DNA of 64,000 nucleotides, taken from IMG/VR virus record IMGVR_UViG_3300030202_003006, positions 64,001 through 128,000 of that record; one strand, written 5' to 3'. The notes beneath the pieces were generated by a model. The model saw only the letters and a list, made by a program, of their open reading frames with translations. It had not been told where the DNA came from and did no database searches. The number at the start of each line of letters is the position of its first letter. The first letter of the stretch is position 1. The stretch comes from a virus. Made by a program: the position numbers and the translations under genes. Shown here one piece after another: positions 56,501 through 64,000 of this stretch.

Positions 56501-57746
56501 TTATCTACCAACTTATAATGATTCTATAACCCCTACATGTAATTTTAATTTCCCACAAATATCACAATCATATATTATAGTTAATACTTTCAAGAATTAT
56601 TTTGGTAATTTATTGAAGCATTTTATAGTAGTTACACCTGGTTGTGAATTTCATAAACCATGTTCTGGTTCTAAAGTTATTTCAGCTTACGATATAATTC
56701 ACAATACCAGACCTGAAGATTGGAGAGTACAAAATGTAGACAAAAAATTAATGATTAACGGTAGAGAAATTACGGTGGTAAGTAGTAAATCACACTACAA
56801 TCCAGCCCCACTAACTTTACCTAAACAACGTACATGTAAATATTACTGTAGTTGTGGACAATCAGTCGCAGAACAATTAGGTATAAATCCAATATATGGG
56901 ATAAGTAACATATTTACTGATTTAGAGGCTGAAAATTGTAATGACTGTTTAAAAGAAGCCAATATTTACTGTAAAAACTTAAATTCTGTATGTGAACCAG
57001 TTTTAGTTGGTGGATGTAGTCCAACCAATGCATTATTAAGTCAGTTAAATGAAATTAATTCAGACCAAGAAATAAAAGTTAATTATAGTAAAGGTCGTAT
57101 AAGAACTAATAAACCAAGTGTGGTGGTTGAGGGTGAAGGTAGAGGAAGAGGAAGAGTAAGATGTATAGAAGAAGGTGGTGATTTAGCAGGTTGTTGTCCG
57201 TGTTACGCACAAGACACTTTTTCTTTCGGTAGTCCAAGAGGTGGTACAGACCTATCTGATTCATTAGATAGTGGAAGTCCTAGTAATATTATTGGTTGGG
57301 CTATAGAATGTTGTAGGGGTTATTATGATGATGACCCATCTAGGGGGTCAGATTTTGGGAGTGGTAAACCAAATGATGACGGTGACGATAGAGGTCGTGG
57401 AGTTGATAGTGACGACGGTACTACAGAAATAAAGTATTATAGTTGTAATGGGGGCGTGTGTATAGTAGACTCCAATGGTATATACTCTAGTTTAGAATCT
57501 TGTCAAAGAGCTTGTACAAAAGTAAAACCACCATCCGATGTTGATGAAGTGATTGATGAAGTTGTAGATAAGGATGTTGATGAAGTTATAGAAGAGCAAT
57601 CAGAAGCGGTATACGATGAGTATAAAGAAATTTCTTCAATAGAAGAACTAGATTCAGATAAAGGTTTATGTCCAGATGCATATGAGTGGTGTGATGCGTT
57701 AGGGACATGTATACCAAATAATGAACCGTGTGGTAAATATAAGTAA
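53580..57746 (+). CDS. Large structural protein with a HiPIP-like Cys4 motif and C-terminal Cys-rich modules
   Basis: 1388 aa; GQNCKNCIF..C..W......WCQSW; YSCNGGVC...GIYSSLESCQRAC. Confidence 0.6.
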   Translation: MADKIYRSKIDLRVLTDTLEFVFYVSGDYPGSGKQTAKVNKKKWATFKYNTQYPVEAIYRITDTNERLFLRFESKRLNVVRDLEILPPSHTDIILEVFKTNKGVFGFETVKGSGWGAFLSHPNYYNTQISPTEDIGEGALKYFKTTDRTNRVGKVHALQMVLNDMNYPSNGFENLSFDMDILSENCGQYAKSLGFKINLENTSLLEGDVIDIIPVQQVTSRPTDISLTTTYLTLTQKDLVSREVIYDYKKQLTPQGAVPEVIELTNSQVYTVENPLNLTTNLSELNLPTKNIVEIPYNISREVEDGKIKASKEIIKDGKKFFPLNWANELRDNDIFSSSRKCLDLSFANKEQQISFIDKLKQQQIGSIETFPFVSDSGELHHSNRNYVKLSQWINRSKLDTFNDIDFSYTTDGLIDSVTICPKKRCMVNKAGGRENTLKSNEAPRPTQYPNGSIIPNNLPQSYGKPQVKGQNCKNCIFANDGYCNKWSAVVRNNYWCQSWGGGGTNSGNYAPISANSNSDFCFTTYSESGSTTVYSSFTTNARSKYKSNRTYDLHISGETFSGNTIIPISDIESQKNVKLMGDDTELYRAYAFSNVYSKNGGYLRINNNDSSDYMTYTVSATGIYRLTYKAYLDIEYKDTKWCDYLERSYPTSFVGNYPATDYQIKRLINKSIIQEGKGERERVMQDTGFKFNPGYRYKSDVPSREDKIDIPNNTGIEKFTFEASISKKAATGGTPTNLASFSVLRCSLDGSANRYLTLEVNENDKTISGSNVCISANTSASTIFTKRLPVIVDTGFINLSSGETVTLKYDSQWITSSKGGYYGQTGTANLILRLGHKKDDEGNIIEKPYYRVIKSSDTQVGKKLFFDTSKKSKPFKMVIGNYSREISLDGSLYISDTSCGNISTPIINSTTFPQQKFLDTTAPENKLVWDVTSNKKPVNQWQSLVEGNQVKDYTVSKNKGSMVEMGKDGLFYFYLPTYNDSITPTCNFNFPQISQSYIIVNTFKNYFGNLLKHFIVVTPGCEFHKPCSGSKVISAYDIIHNTRPEDWRVQNVDKKLMINGREITVVSSKSHYNPAPLTLPKQRTCKYYCSCGQSVAEQLGINPIYGISNIFTDLEAENCNDCLKEANIYCKNLNSVCEPVLVGGCSPTNALLSQLNEINSDQEIKVNYSKGRIRTNKPSVVVEGEGRGRGRVRCIEEGGDLAGCCPCYAQDTFSFGSPRGGTDLSDSLDSGSPSNIIGWAIECCRGYYDDDPSRGSDFGSGKPNDDGDDRGRGVDSDDGTTEIKYYSCNGGVCIVDSNGIYSSLESCQRACTKVKPPSDVDEVIDEVVDKDVDEVIEEQSEAVYDEYKEISSIEELDSDKGLCPDAYEWCDALGTCIPNNEPCGKYK

Positions 57747-57751
57747 AAAAT

Positions 57752-60700
57752 ATGGTAGATTATAGTATAGGAAATATAAAACTCATTGGATACAATATCA
57801 CACACACCTTAACTGGTTCTTGTGACGGTAGTGTAACCAACGCTTATATATCAGGAGGTACTTCTCCTTATAGTATATATTGGTCTGGAACTAGTAGTTT
57901 TAGTGCTGAAACATTTGATGTTAGGGGTTTGTGTGAAGGGGTATATAGTGCTAAGATAACCGGGCTCAGCGGTAACACAGGTGTTACATACGTAACAATA
58001 AGTGGTTTCACAACACCATCAATAGATGCTAACCTAAGTAATAATGATTGTGTATTGGACCCAAATAAATTAGGTGCCATAACAGTAGTAAGTTCCACCA
58101 CTTCTACAGCAAGTTACAAATACGAATTAAAAAAAGAAGGTAAGTTAATTGATAGACATTTTGGTAACACAGCGGATACCTCATATACATTTGATAAGGT
58201 AGAAAATGGGTTATACACTTTAAGTGTTATTGAAGATAGACCTATACAAACGGAAAAAAGACCAAACAAAACAGGTTGTACATTAGCAGATTATACAGAT
58301 GGTGGAAAATATAGTGGTTTATCACTTTCTAGTTTGTATGCGAAATGGACAGATTATGTACCTTACGCACCTAAAACAATAAGATTTGCTAATGGTCTAG
58401 GTCCAAACAGTAGTGGGGTGATTAGGAGTTATAATAGTGGATTGGGAGGTAACGGTCAAATGTATAGTAATAATCCTTATGTGTGGTTTTACACGGGAGC
58501 TACAGCTAATAGAAAAACTGATAGTGGTAAAGATTGGTATTTGGGTACTAGTGCTATAACAATGGATGAAGGTGATAATCTTGGTTTTGGTGGTTTAGAT
58601 AAAGCGGATGGTAATGTAGGAAGATTTTATTTTAATTCTACATTAGGAAAATATGTGTTATTCTGGAAAAGTATGGGGTGGTCAACTACACCTAGTTTAG
58701 CTTATGGTTGGGTTACCGTTGACCCTAGAAGAGACTATGGGGGTAACGGTCCTATGGCAGTTAGGTCAGTTACAGGGAGTTCATTCGGTATTACAAACGT
58801 AGATTTAGTAGCTACAGACTATACCGTCAATAGTAGTGGAAATGTCGCGGCAGCAACTAACGTAATAGCAAATGCATCCGGAAATGATAAATTTAAAATG
58901 CAAGCTAACAATGGAATACCTGTTGGGTTATTAAGTACTTGCTCCTACAATAACTACACATGGCAACTATCGGTTAATTCTACAGATAATGATGATGATT
59001 ATATAGCGGTGGTTTTAGCAGCTTTTAGAGATGACGAAGGTAAATATGGACCATCGGGAGTTACTCACACTATAGATTTGGTATTAAATGCTAGGTCAGG
59101 TAGTACAGCAGTGTTCCAAAACTGGAATAAAGGTGCGTACGGGTTTAATAAAACCACACCACCACTATTTGATGACTGTAATGGTGGGTGTATCACAGCA
59201 CAAACAACTAACACATTTAATGTTAATAGGGGTAATACTATTATGATGAATACTGGTTCCGCTACACCCTATACCAAAAACTTAAATTGGGACGATAATG
59301 GGTCCACACGTATAAAGATAAAAAGGTGGGGGGAACTAGGTGAACACTTCAAAATCTTCTTCACCGATACCATGTACGAGAACACCACACCAGCTGGAGT
59401 AACTAAAGGTGTGGGTGATGCTAATCCATATAATTCTGACTACGATATAGAATTTAATTTATTTGATAAAATTTCTTGGACAGGAAACACTAATTATTTA
59501 AATAACCCACAACAAGCACCTTCTTGGGCATCTCAATACTCCCTATGTAAATTTTTAGGGTCTAAAAAAATAGGTGTATGGGCATCATCACAAGAAGACA
59601 CCAATTGGTACCACTTCCAGTTTACAGGTAGTTCATATAGAAATGAAGTCATAGCACCACTTTGTGGTTCAGTAGATGGGCCTACAACCACAGTTACTAT
59701 TACCGCAACTACAGGAACAACATTAAATTTAACTGAAAGTAATACATGTAATGCATATTTTGGGTGTGATAAAGGTGTCCCAAAAGTAAAACCTAGAGTA
59801 GTAGCAAAATTACAAAATATGCCATCACCTTCTTTAACGGTAAACGGTCTTTCCAGACCAAAAACCACATTAAAAGAAACACAAGGAGGTGTCCCAAAAC
59901 TTAAAATTTATAATGTTAATGATAGTGAAGGTACAACACTAAAATTCTATTTTGCTGGTAAAACAGGGGACATGGCTTTTGATAATACGTACCCAACATT
60001 TAGAATATATCCTTATATATACCAAACAGAACAAGTTGCTACAATACCAGAATATGAAGCCATATTTGATACACTACCAAGTTATGTAGACCCATTCACT
60101 AAATCTATAGTATTAAGTGCGGAAACTTATATTCCTTTTTCAGGTTTAGTTACTGGAAGTTCCTGGGAATACATAGTTAAACCAAGTTATTTATATAAAG
60201 ATAAAATAGGTGTAGATACGGTTACAAATGTAAATCCAATAAGAAGTAGTATATACGATGTCTTAGGAAAAGAAACAATTAATGATGTTTGGGTTGATTC
60301 AGCAAAATACCCACCAGATAATACAGTCAATAATAATAAAGATTATTATATGGTTGTGGTAAGTAATCCAGAAATGCCTTACATCCAAAAAAGAGATATT
60401 CAAATTCCAGTTGAAGAATACGGTTTAAAAATAGAAAGTTCAACTATTTTTAATATGCCAGAGGTAACAGCAACAACTTATAGTTCTTACACATATGAAT
60501 ACACATTAGAAAATAACCGTGTTGGTGGTCCAGTAGTTGTAGTAAATGGCGTGACTTTAACTGAGGGGGGTAGCGGTAGTACTTTAAGTGGACCACAAGG
60601 AGATTTTAGATTTATTAATGGTCAAACTATTAAATTCTACACCGATACCGTACAAAATGGTGATGTGTTACAAGTAATTTATGACGCGGGTATGGGTTCT

Positions 60701-61351
60701 TATATACAATCTTTAACAGTACCAGCGACTGTACCTAGTACTAGTGCTAATACAAGTATCTATCAGGAAAATGGTTATTACTATATTAAACTAGATAAAC
60801 AAGCAGCAGGTGCAGTAATGGTATCATTAAATGGGGATATGTTATATAATGACAAAGATTACTATAAAGTTAGTGAAAATAGAATATTTTTAACCGGTTC
60901 TGGGTCTACAAAATACAATAGTGGTGATGTAATAAACCTATTTTATAGGACTATATATCAAGTTATTGGATGGTCAGCAACTAAAAACCCTATAGTACCA
61001 GTATATTACACTAAAAAACACCCATTAGAAGAAGAAGTTATAGTTACTTTAATGGACGTTAATGGTAACATCGTAAATACACAAAAAAGGGATATAGAAG
61101 CAACTAGATTAGGGTCGATACAGTTAGAATTTACATTAAGTACACCTACATTTGGAACTTTCTCTTACACAGTAAGTGTAAAGAGAAAATACCCCCTAAT
61201 TAATGGGGAAACAATAAAAACGGAGACTAATTCAGAAAGGATATCATTTGAGATAACCAGAGACGTATTCTATTCTCCAAGCAAATTAACAACTAGAATG
61301 CAGAGAGAACCAGGAAATTCTTCGGTTATGGGTAATGGGGCTGGTTATTAA
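57752..61351 (+). CDS. Tail fibre/adhesin-like protein: SprB-like repeats, lectin-like DDDY domain, C-terminal beta-sandwich repeats
   Basis: CDGSV...GGTSPYSIYWS...GLCEGVY; VNSTDNDDDYIAVV; VVVNGVTL...GDVLQVIY and VSLNG...GDVINLFY. Confidence 0.6.
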   Translation: MVDYSIGNIKLIGYNITHTLTGSCDGSVTNAYISGGTSPYSIYWSGTSSFSAETFDVRGLCEGVYSAKITGLSGNTGVTYVTISGFTTPSIDANLSNNDCVLDPNKLGAITVVSSTTSTASYKYELKKEGKLIDRHFGNTADTSYTFDKVENGLYTLSVIEDRPIQTEKRPNKTGCTLADYTDGGKYSGLSLSSLYAKWTDYVPYAPKTIRFANGLGPNSSGVIRSYNSGLGGNGQMYSNNPYVWFYTGATANRKTDSGKDWYLGTSAITMDEGDNLGFGGLDKADGNVGRFYFNSTLGKYVLFWKSMGWSTTPSLAYGWVTVDPRRDYGGNGPMAVRSVTGSSFGITNVDLVATDYTVNSSGNVAAATNVIANASGNDKFKMQANNGIPVGLLSTCSYNNYTWQLSVNSTDNDDDYIAVVLAAFRDDEGKYGPSGVTHTIDLVLNARSGSTAVFQNWNKGAYGFNKTTPPLFDDCNGGCITAQTTNTFNVNRGNTIMMNTGSATPYTKNLNWDDNGSTRIKIKRWGELGEHFKIFFTDTMYENTTPAGVTKGVGDANPYNSDYDIEFNLFDKISWTGNTNYLNNPQQAPSWASQYSLCKFLGSKKIGVWASSQEDTNWYHFQFTGSSYRNEVIAPLCGSVDGPTTTVTITATTGTTLNLTESNTCNAYFGCDKGVPKVKPRVVAKLQNMPSPSLTVNGLSRPKTTLKETQGGVPKLKIYNVNDSEGTTLKFYFAGKTGDMAFDNTYPTFRIYPYIYQTEQVATIPEYEAIFDTLPSYVDPFTKSIVLSAETYIPFSGLVTGSSWEYIVKPSYLYKDKIGVDTVTNVNPIRSSIYDVLGKETINDVWVDSAKYPPDNTVNNNKDYYMVVVSNPEMPYIQKRDIQIPVEEYGLKIESSTIFNMPEVTATTYSSYTYEYTLENNRVGGPVVVVNGVTLTEGGSGSTLSGPQGDFRFINGQTIKFYTDTVQNGDVLQVIYDAGMGSYIQSLTVPATVPSTSANTSIYQENGYYYIKLDKQAAGAVMVSLNGDMLYNDKDYYKVSENRIFLTGSGSTKYNSGDVINLFYRTIYQVIGWSATKNPIVPVYYTKKHPLEEEVIVTLMDVNGNIVNTQKRDIEATRLGSIQLEFTLSTPTFGTFSYTVSVKRKYPLINGETIKTETNSERISFEITRDVFYSPSKLTTRMQREPGNSSVMGNGAGY

Positions 61352-61374
61352 TTTAAATAAATGAAAATAAAAGG

Positions 61375-61382
61375 TATTTATC
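61375..61382 (+). promoter_or_regulatory. Putative late promoter TATTTATC
   Basis: 16 nt upstream of ATG 61399. Confidence 0.5.
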
Positions 61383-61398
61383 ATAAAACAGAAATATT

Positions 61399-63885
61399 AT
61401 GGGTTATATAATTAAAAACAGTACACAAGGAGCGATAGTCGCTCGATTAACAGACGCAGGTAGAAAAAAATTATCGGAAGGAAAACTAAACATATCACTA
61501 TTTCAACTAGGAGATAGTGAAATGTGTTACGATTGCTATAGGACATTACCTGGAAATCCAACATCACCTAGTACCACTGATGGCATTAAAATTTTGCAAG
61601 CAGAACATAACGCACAGAACTTATTGGGTCTCCCAGAAAAAAATAAAGGACATGTTAAATATCCTTTTTTAGAAGATGATTCGTCAAGTAGTAATAATTT
61701 TGGACCAACAATACCACAACATACTTATGAAGAAGTATTTAATACAGCTACCCCTAGAGGATTCTTTAGTGGTACAACTAATAGTGATGGGTCTTATACC
61801 TCATTTACCGCTAGAACCAGTCAATTATATAATTTAAACCCAAACTGGTTATTTTGTGGTAGTGCAATGACAGGGAGTTCTATTATACAACTTATTAGTG
61901 CAAGTACAGCATGTCATGATATAGTACCGAACTATACACCAGTAAATGGGGACCTACTATCAGTAACTTATCAGTTTTCAGGGACAAATTGTTCCGAATT
62001 AAACTATTTAGGTGCAGCTCAAACTTTGTGGTACCAAGTTATTTCTGGTAATGCAAATAGTGGACAAACTAATGGTAAGGTATTTTTAACTTTAGATAGA
62101 CAACTACCTAACTTTACAGGAGCAAGTTATTCAGCTTTATCAGCGACGTGTGCACATGTAAGAGTTTATCCACCATATTCCGCCAATCCAATGACAACTA
62201 CAAGTATCTATAGTTCAGCAAGTACAATTTCATATTGGTGTAACGATACTTTATCTTTTAATAGTTGTTGTGATATTTCGACAAGTGATGTCAAAATATG
62301 GAATATGAATATAAATTGGACCCATCAAGTCGCGGGTGTATCCAGTCCTTCTAGTGGTATTTACGAAGGCGTAGATTACTACGGTTCAAGTGGATACTGT
62401 GGTTCTAAAGAATATTTTGGTTATGAGAGTAGTAATGGACAAACATTTAGTGATTTACAAGTAGATAGTTATCACGATACAATTGTTAATGGTACATGGT
62501 ATATAGATTCCTTTGGAAATACAAGAGTAGTTGAACCAGAAGAACAAAAATGTATAGGAATTTGTCATTACACTAATAATACTACAACCGATTTTTATGG
62601 TGAAAAATTTGCTTTAAAATACCAAGGAAGTTTACCACTAGGTTCAACAATAGGGGAGGCAAAAAACTTTAAAGTTCATTTACCTTGGTTAATGTGGCAT
62701 AAAAAGAGTAATAATGGTTCGGGTAATGGTACTGGAAAAGGGGATGAAACTATAATGGGTCAAACATTTTATGTAGACCCACCTAATTTCCCTAACGCAT
62801 TTCCAGCACAACCAGAAATTATGTACGCTTTACCTAATGGTGCAAACATGAATGACGATGGATTAAGATATTATCATTTATATGATGATAACCCAGGTAA
62901 CTCAAATTCTAATACACTACCTAATAGAGTTGGTAAAGTTTTTCCAGATTATAAATTGTTTATTATAGACGACCAAGAACTATTGGCAGCGATGTCTTAT
63001 AAGTCTAATAGGAGTTTTACTCTTCCATCACCTAAAACAGCTAAAATACCGGCAGGAACTGCTTGTGTTTCTTCAGCTTGTACAGCAGGTGTAGTATCAG
63101 GTGTGGGTGATAGAATATATTTTTCTTATCTATTTGTTAATAACAGTGGAATACCAACAGGACTACACTGTAATAACTACGTTTGGGAAGAGTACGATGG
63201 GGTAGAACCTTTATTTGATGTAGCAATAACATTTGGGGCTGAATTTCCATATTTAAGACCACAAGGTGTTACAGGACCTGGAGTACCAGCAAATAATGGA
63301 ACAGGTTGGGAAGCTGATAGATTATACCTATTAGTACAAGTAGTAACAAATGGGTCAACAGTAAACATGCAACCAGACCCAAGTAACTGGCAATGGAAAG
63401 ATGTGACCAATCTAATACCTAATCATACTGTAGGAGATAAGATAGTAGCTACAAATTTAGTAGACCATACATTCTATATTAATGGTAATGACACAACTAA
63501 TTCTACTACTTGTCCAGCTTATACAGCTATGACAGCATACACACTTAATGATTTCATCAACGTACCAGTTGCATCTACAGGAGCAAATGATTTACAATTT
63601 GGTGACGAATATTTCTTATATGGTACAGTAGAGACAGATATTATGGCAACCATATATGAAATGAAACATTTAATAAAATTAGACAGTGGACAATATGACG
63701 TATCTACAAATCCAACTTGGGTAGATTATAACACAACAAATAGTACGACAACAACACCTAAATTAACAGAAATAGGATTGTTTGATAACGAGAATGGGTT
63801 TCCAGATTTAATGGCTATTGCAAAGTTCCAATCACCGGTACCAAGAACAGGAACTCAGCAATTTACAATAGCTATTGATTTTTAA
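61399..63885 (+). CDS. Tail-collar-fibre / baseplate-anchor-like protein with a large insertion
   Basis: N-terminal LTDAGRKKL and C-terminal LTEIGLFD...LMAIAK bracket about 750 aa. Confidence 0.6.
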   Translation: MGYIIKNSTQGAIVARLTDAGRKKLSEGKLNISLFQLGDSEMCYDCYRTLPGNPTSPSTTDGIKILQAEHNAQNLLGLPEKNKGHVKYPFLEDDSSSSNNFGPTIPQHTYEEVFNTATPRGFFSGTTNSDGSYTSFTARTSQLYNLNPNWLFCGSAMTGSSIIQLISASTACHDIVPNYTPVNGDLLSVTYQFSGTNCSELNYLGAAQTLWYQVISGNANSGQTNGKVFLTLDRQLPNFTGASYSALSATCAHVRVYPPYSANPMTTTSIYSSASTISYWCNDTLSFNSCCDISTSDVKIWNMNINWTHQVAGVSSPSSGIYEGVDYYGSSGYCGSKEYFGYESSNGQTFSDLQVDSYHDTIVNGTWYIDSFGNTRVVEPEEQKCIGICHYTNNTTTDFYGEKFALKYQGSLPLGSTIGEAKNFKVHLPWLMWHKKSNNGSGNGTGKGDETIMGQTFYVDPPNFPNAFPAQPEIMYALPNGANMNDDGLRYYHLYDDNPGNSNSNTLPNRVGKVFPDYKLFIIDDQELLAAMSYKSNRSFTLPSPKTAKIPAGTACVSSACTAGVVSGVGDRIYFSYLFVNNSGIPTGLHCNNYVWEEYDGVEPLFDVAITFGAEFPYLRPQGVTGPGVPANNGTGWEADRLYLLVQVVTNGSTVNMQPDPSNWQWKDVTNLIPNHTVGDKIVATNLVDHTFYINGNDTTNSTTCPAYTAMTAYTLNDFINVPVASTGANDLQFGDEYFLYGTVETDIMATIYEMKHLIKLDSGQYDVSTNPTWVDYNTTNSTTTTPKLTEIGLFDNENGFPDLMAIAKFQSPVPRTGTQQFTIAIDF

Positions 63886-64000
63886 TGGGATATTTAGGCA
63901 TAAACAATAACGAATTATCTGGTAACACCTTTAGAATTTATCTTTCTGACTACGGTAGAAATTTACTTGCTAGAGGTAGGGGTATTTATCACCACATAGA
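63885..64000 (+). CDS. Partial CDS with an N-terminus paralogous to the 61399 gene
   Basis: TAATG coupling; MGYLGINNNELSGNTFRIYLSDYGRNLLARG compared with MGY...LTDAGRKKLSEG. Confidence 0.7.
   Translation, partial: MGYLGINNNELSGNTFRIYLSDYGRNLLARGRGIYHHI

Noticed and set aside
2406-63410. Many - strand and alternate-frame ORFs in the track (e.g. 5382-5948, 11904-12410, 24582-25190, 47918-48355)
   Set aside because: They lie within long, motif-bearing + strand genes and read as antisense shadows of biased codon usage.
1-64000. CRISPR array, tRNA/rRNA genes, DGR, transposase, stop-codon reassignment
   Set aside because: Intergenic gaps are short with no spaced repeats or cloverleaves, no RT or transposase motifs were seen, and genes are full length under code 11.

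Overview
This 64 kb window is part of a large, AT-rich, T4-like contractile-tailed (myovirus, probably jumbo) phage genome. It uses genetic code 11, is densely coding and lies almost entirely on the + strand. Gene order: neck/tail-terminator, sheath, tube, tail assembly chaperones, tape measure, then baseplate hub with an M23 peptidase domain (0.5-24 kb); a replication/recombination island (gp32 SSB, RecA/UvsX, FKBP PPIase, 5'-3' exonuclease, DnaB/gp41 helicase, class II RNR; 25-33 kb); then baseplate wedge and very large fibre/decoration proteins (33-64 kb). A Bacteroidota host is inferred from a TTTG-N20-TAnnTTTG promoter, A-rich leaders without Shine-Dalgarno sites, a signal peptide with Gln at +1, and SprB-like repeats. 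Notable signals not explained by standard annotation: (1) an unannotated 21-aa, 9-Cys metallothionein-like ORF (7078-7143); (2) a probable +1 ribosomal frameshift at UUU_CGU_C joining the two tail-chaperone ORFs; (3) a 2454-aa Cys/Pro-rich virion protein made of repeated small modules, plus a HiPIP-like Cys4 motif in another structural protein; (4) a [S/T]-[G/A]-x-[T/S] motif scattered through the virion proteins, a candidate modification sequon; (5) an oriented late-promoter motif TATTTAT, the reverse complement of the T4 late promoter, alongside three other promoter classes. All family assignments come from motif recognition by eye; no database search was run.
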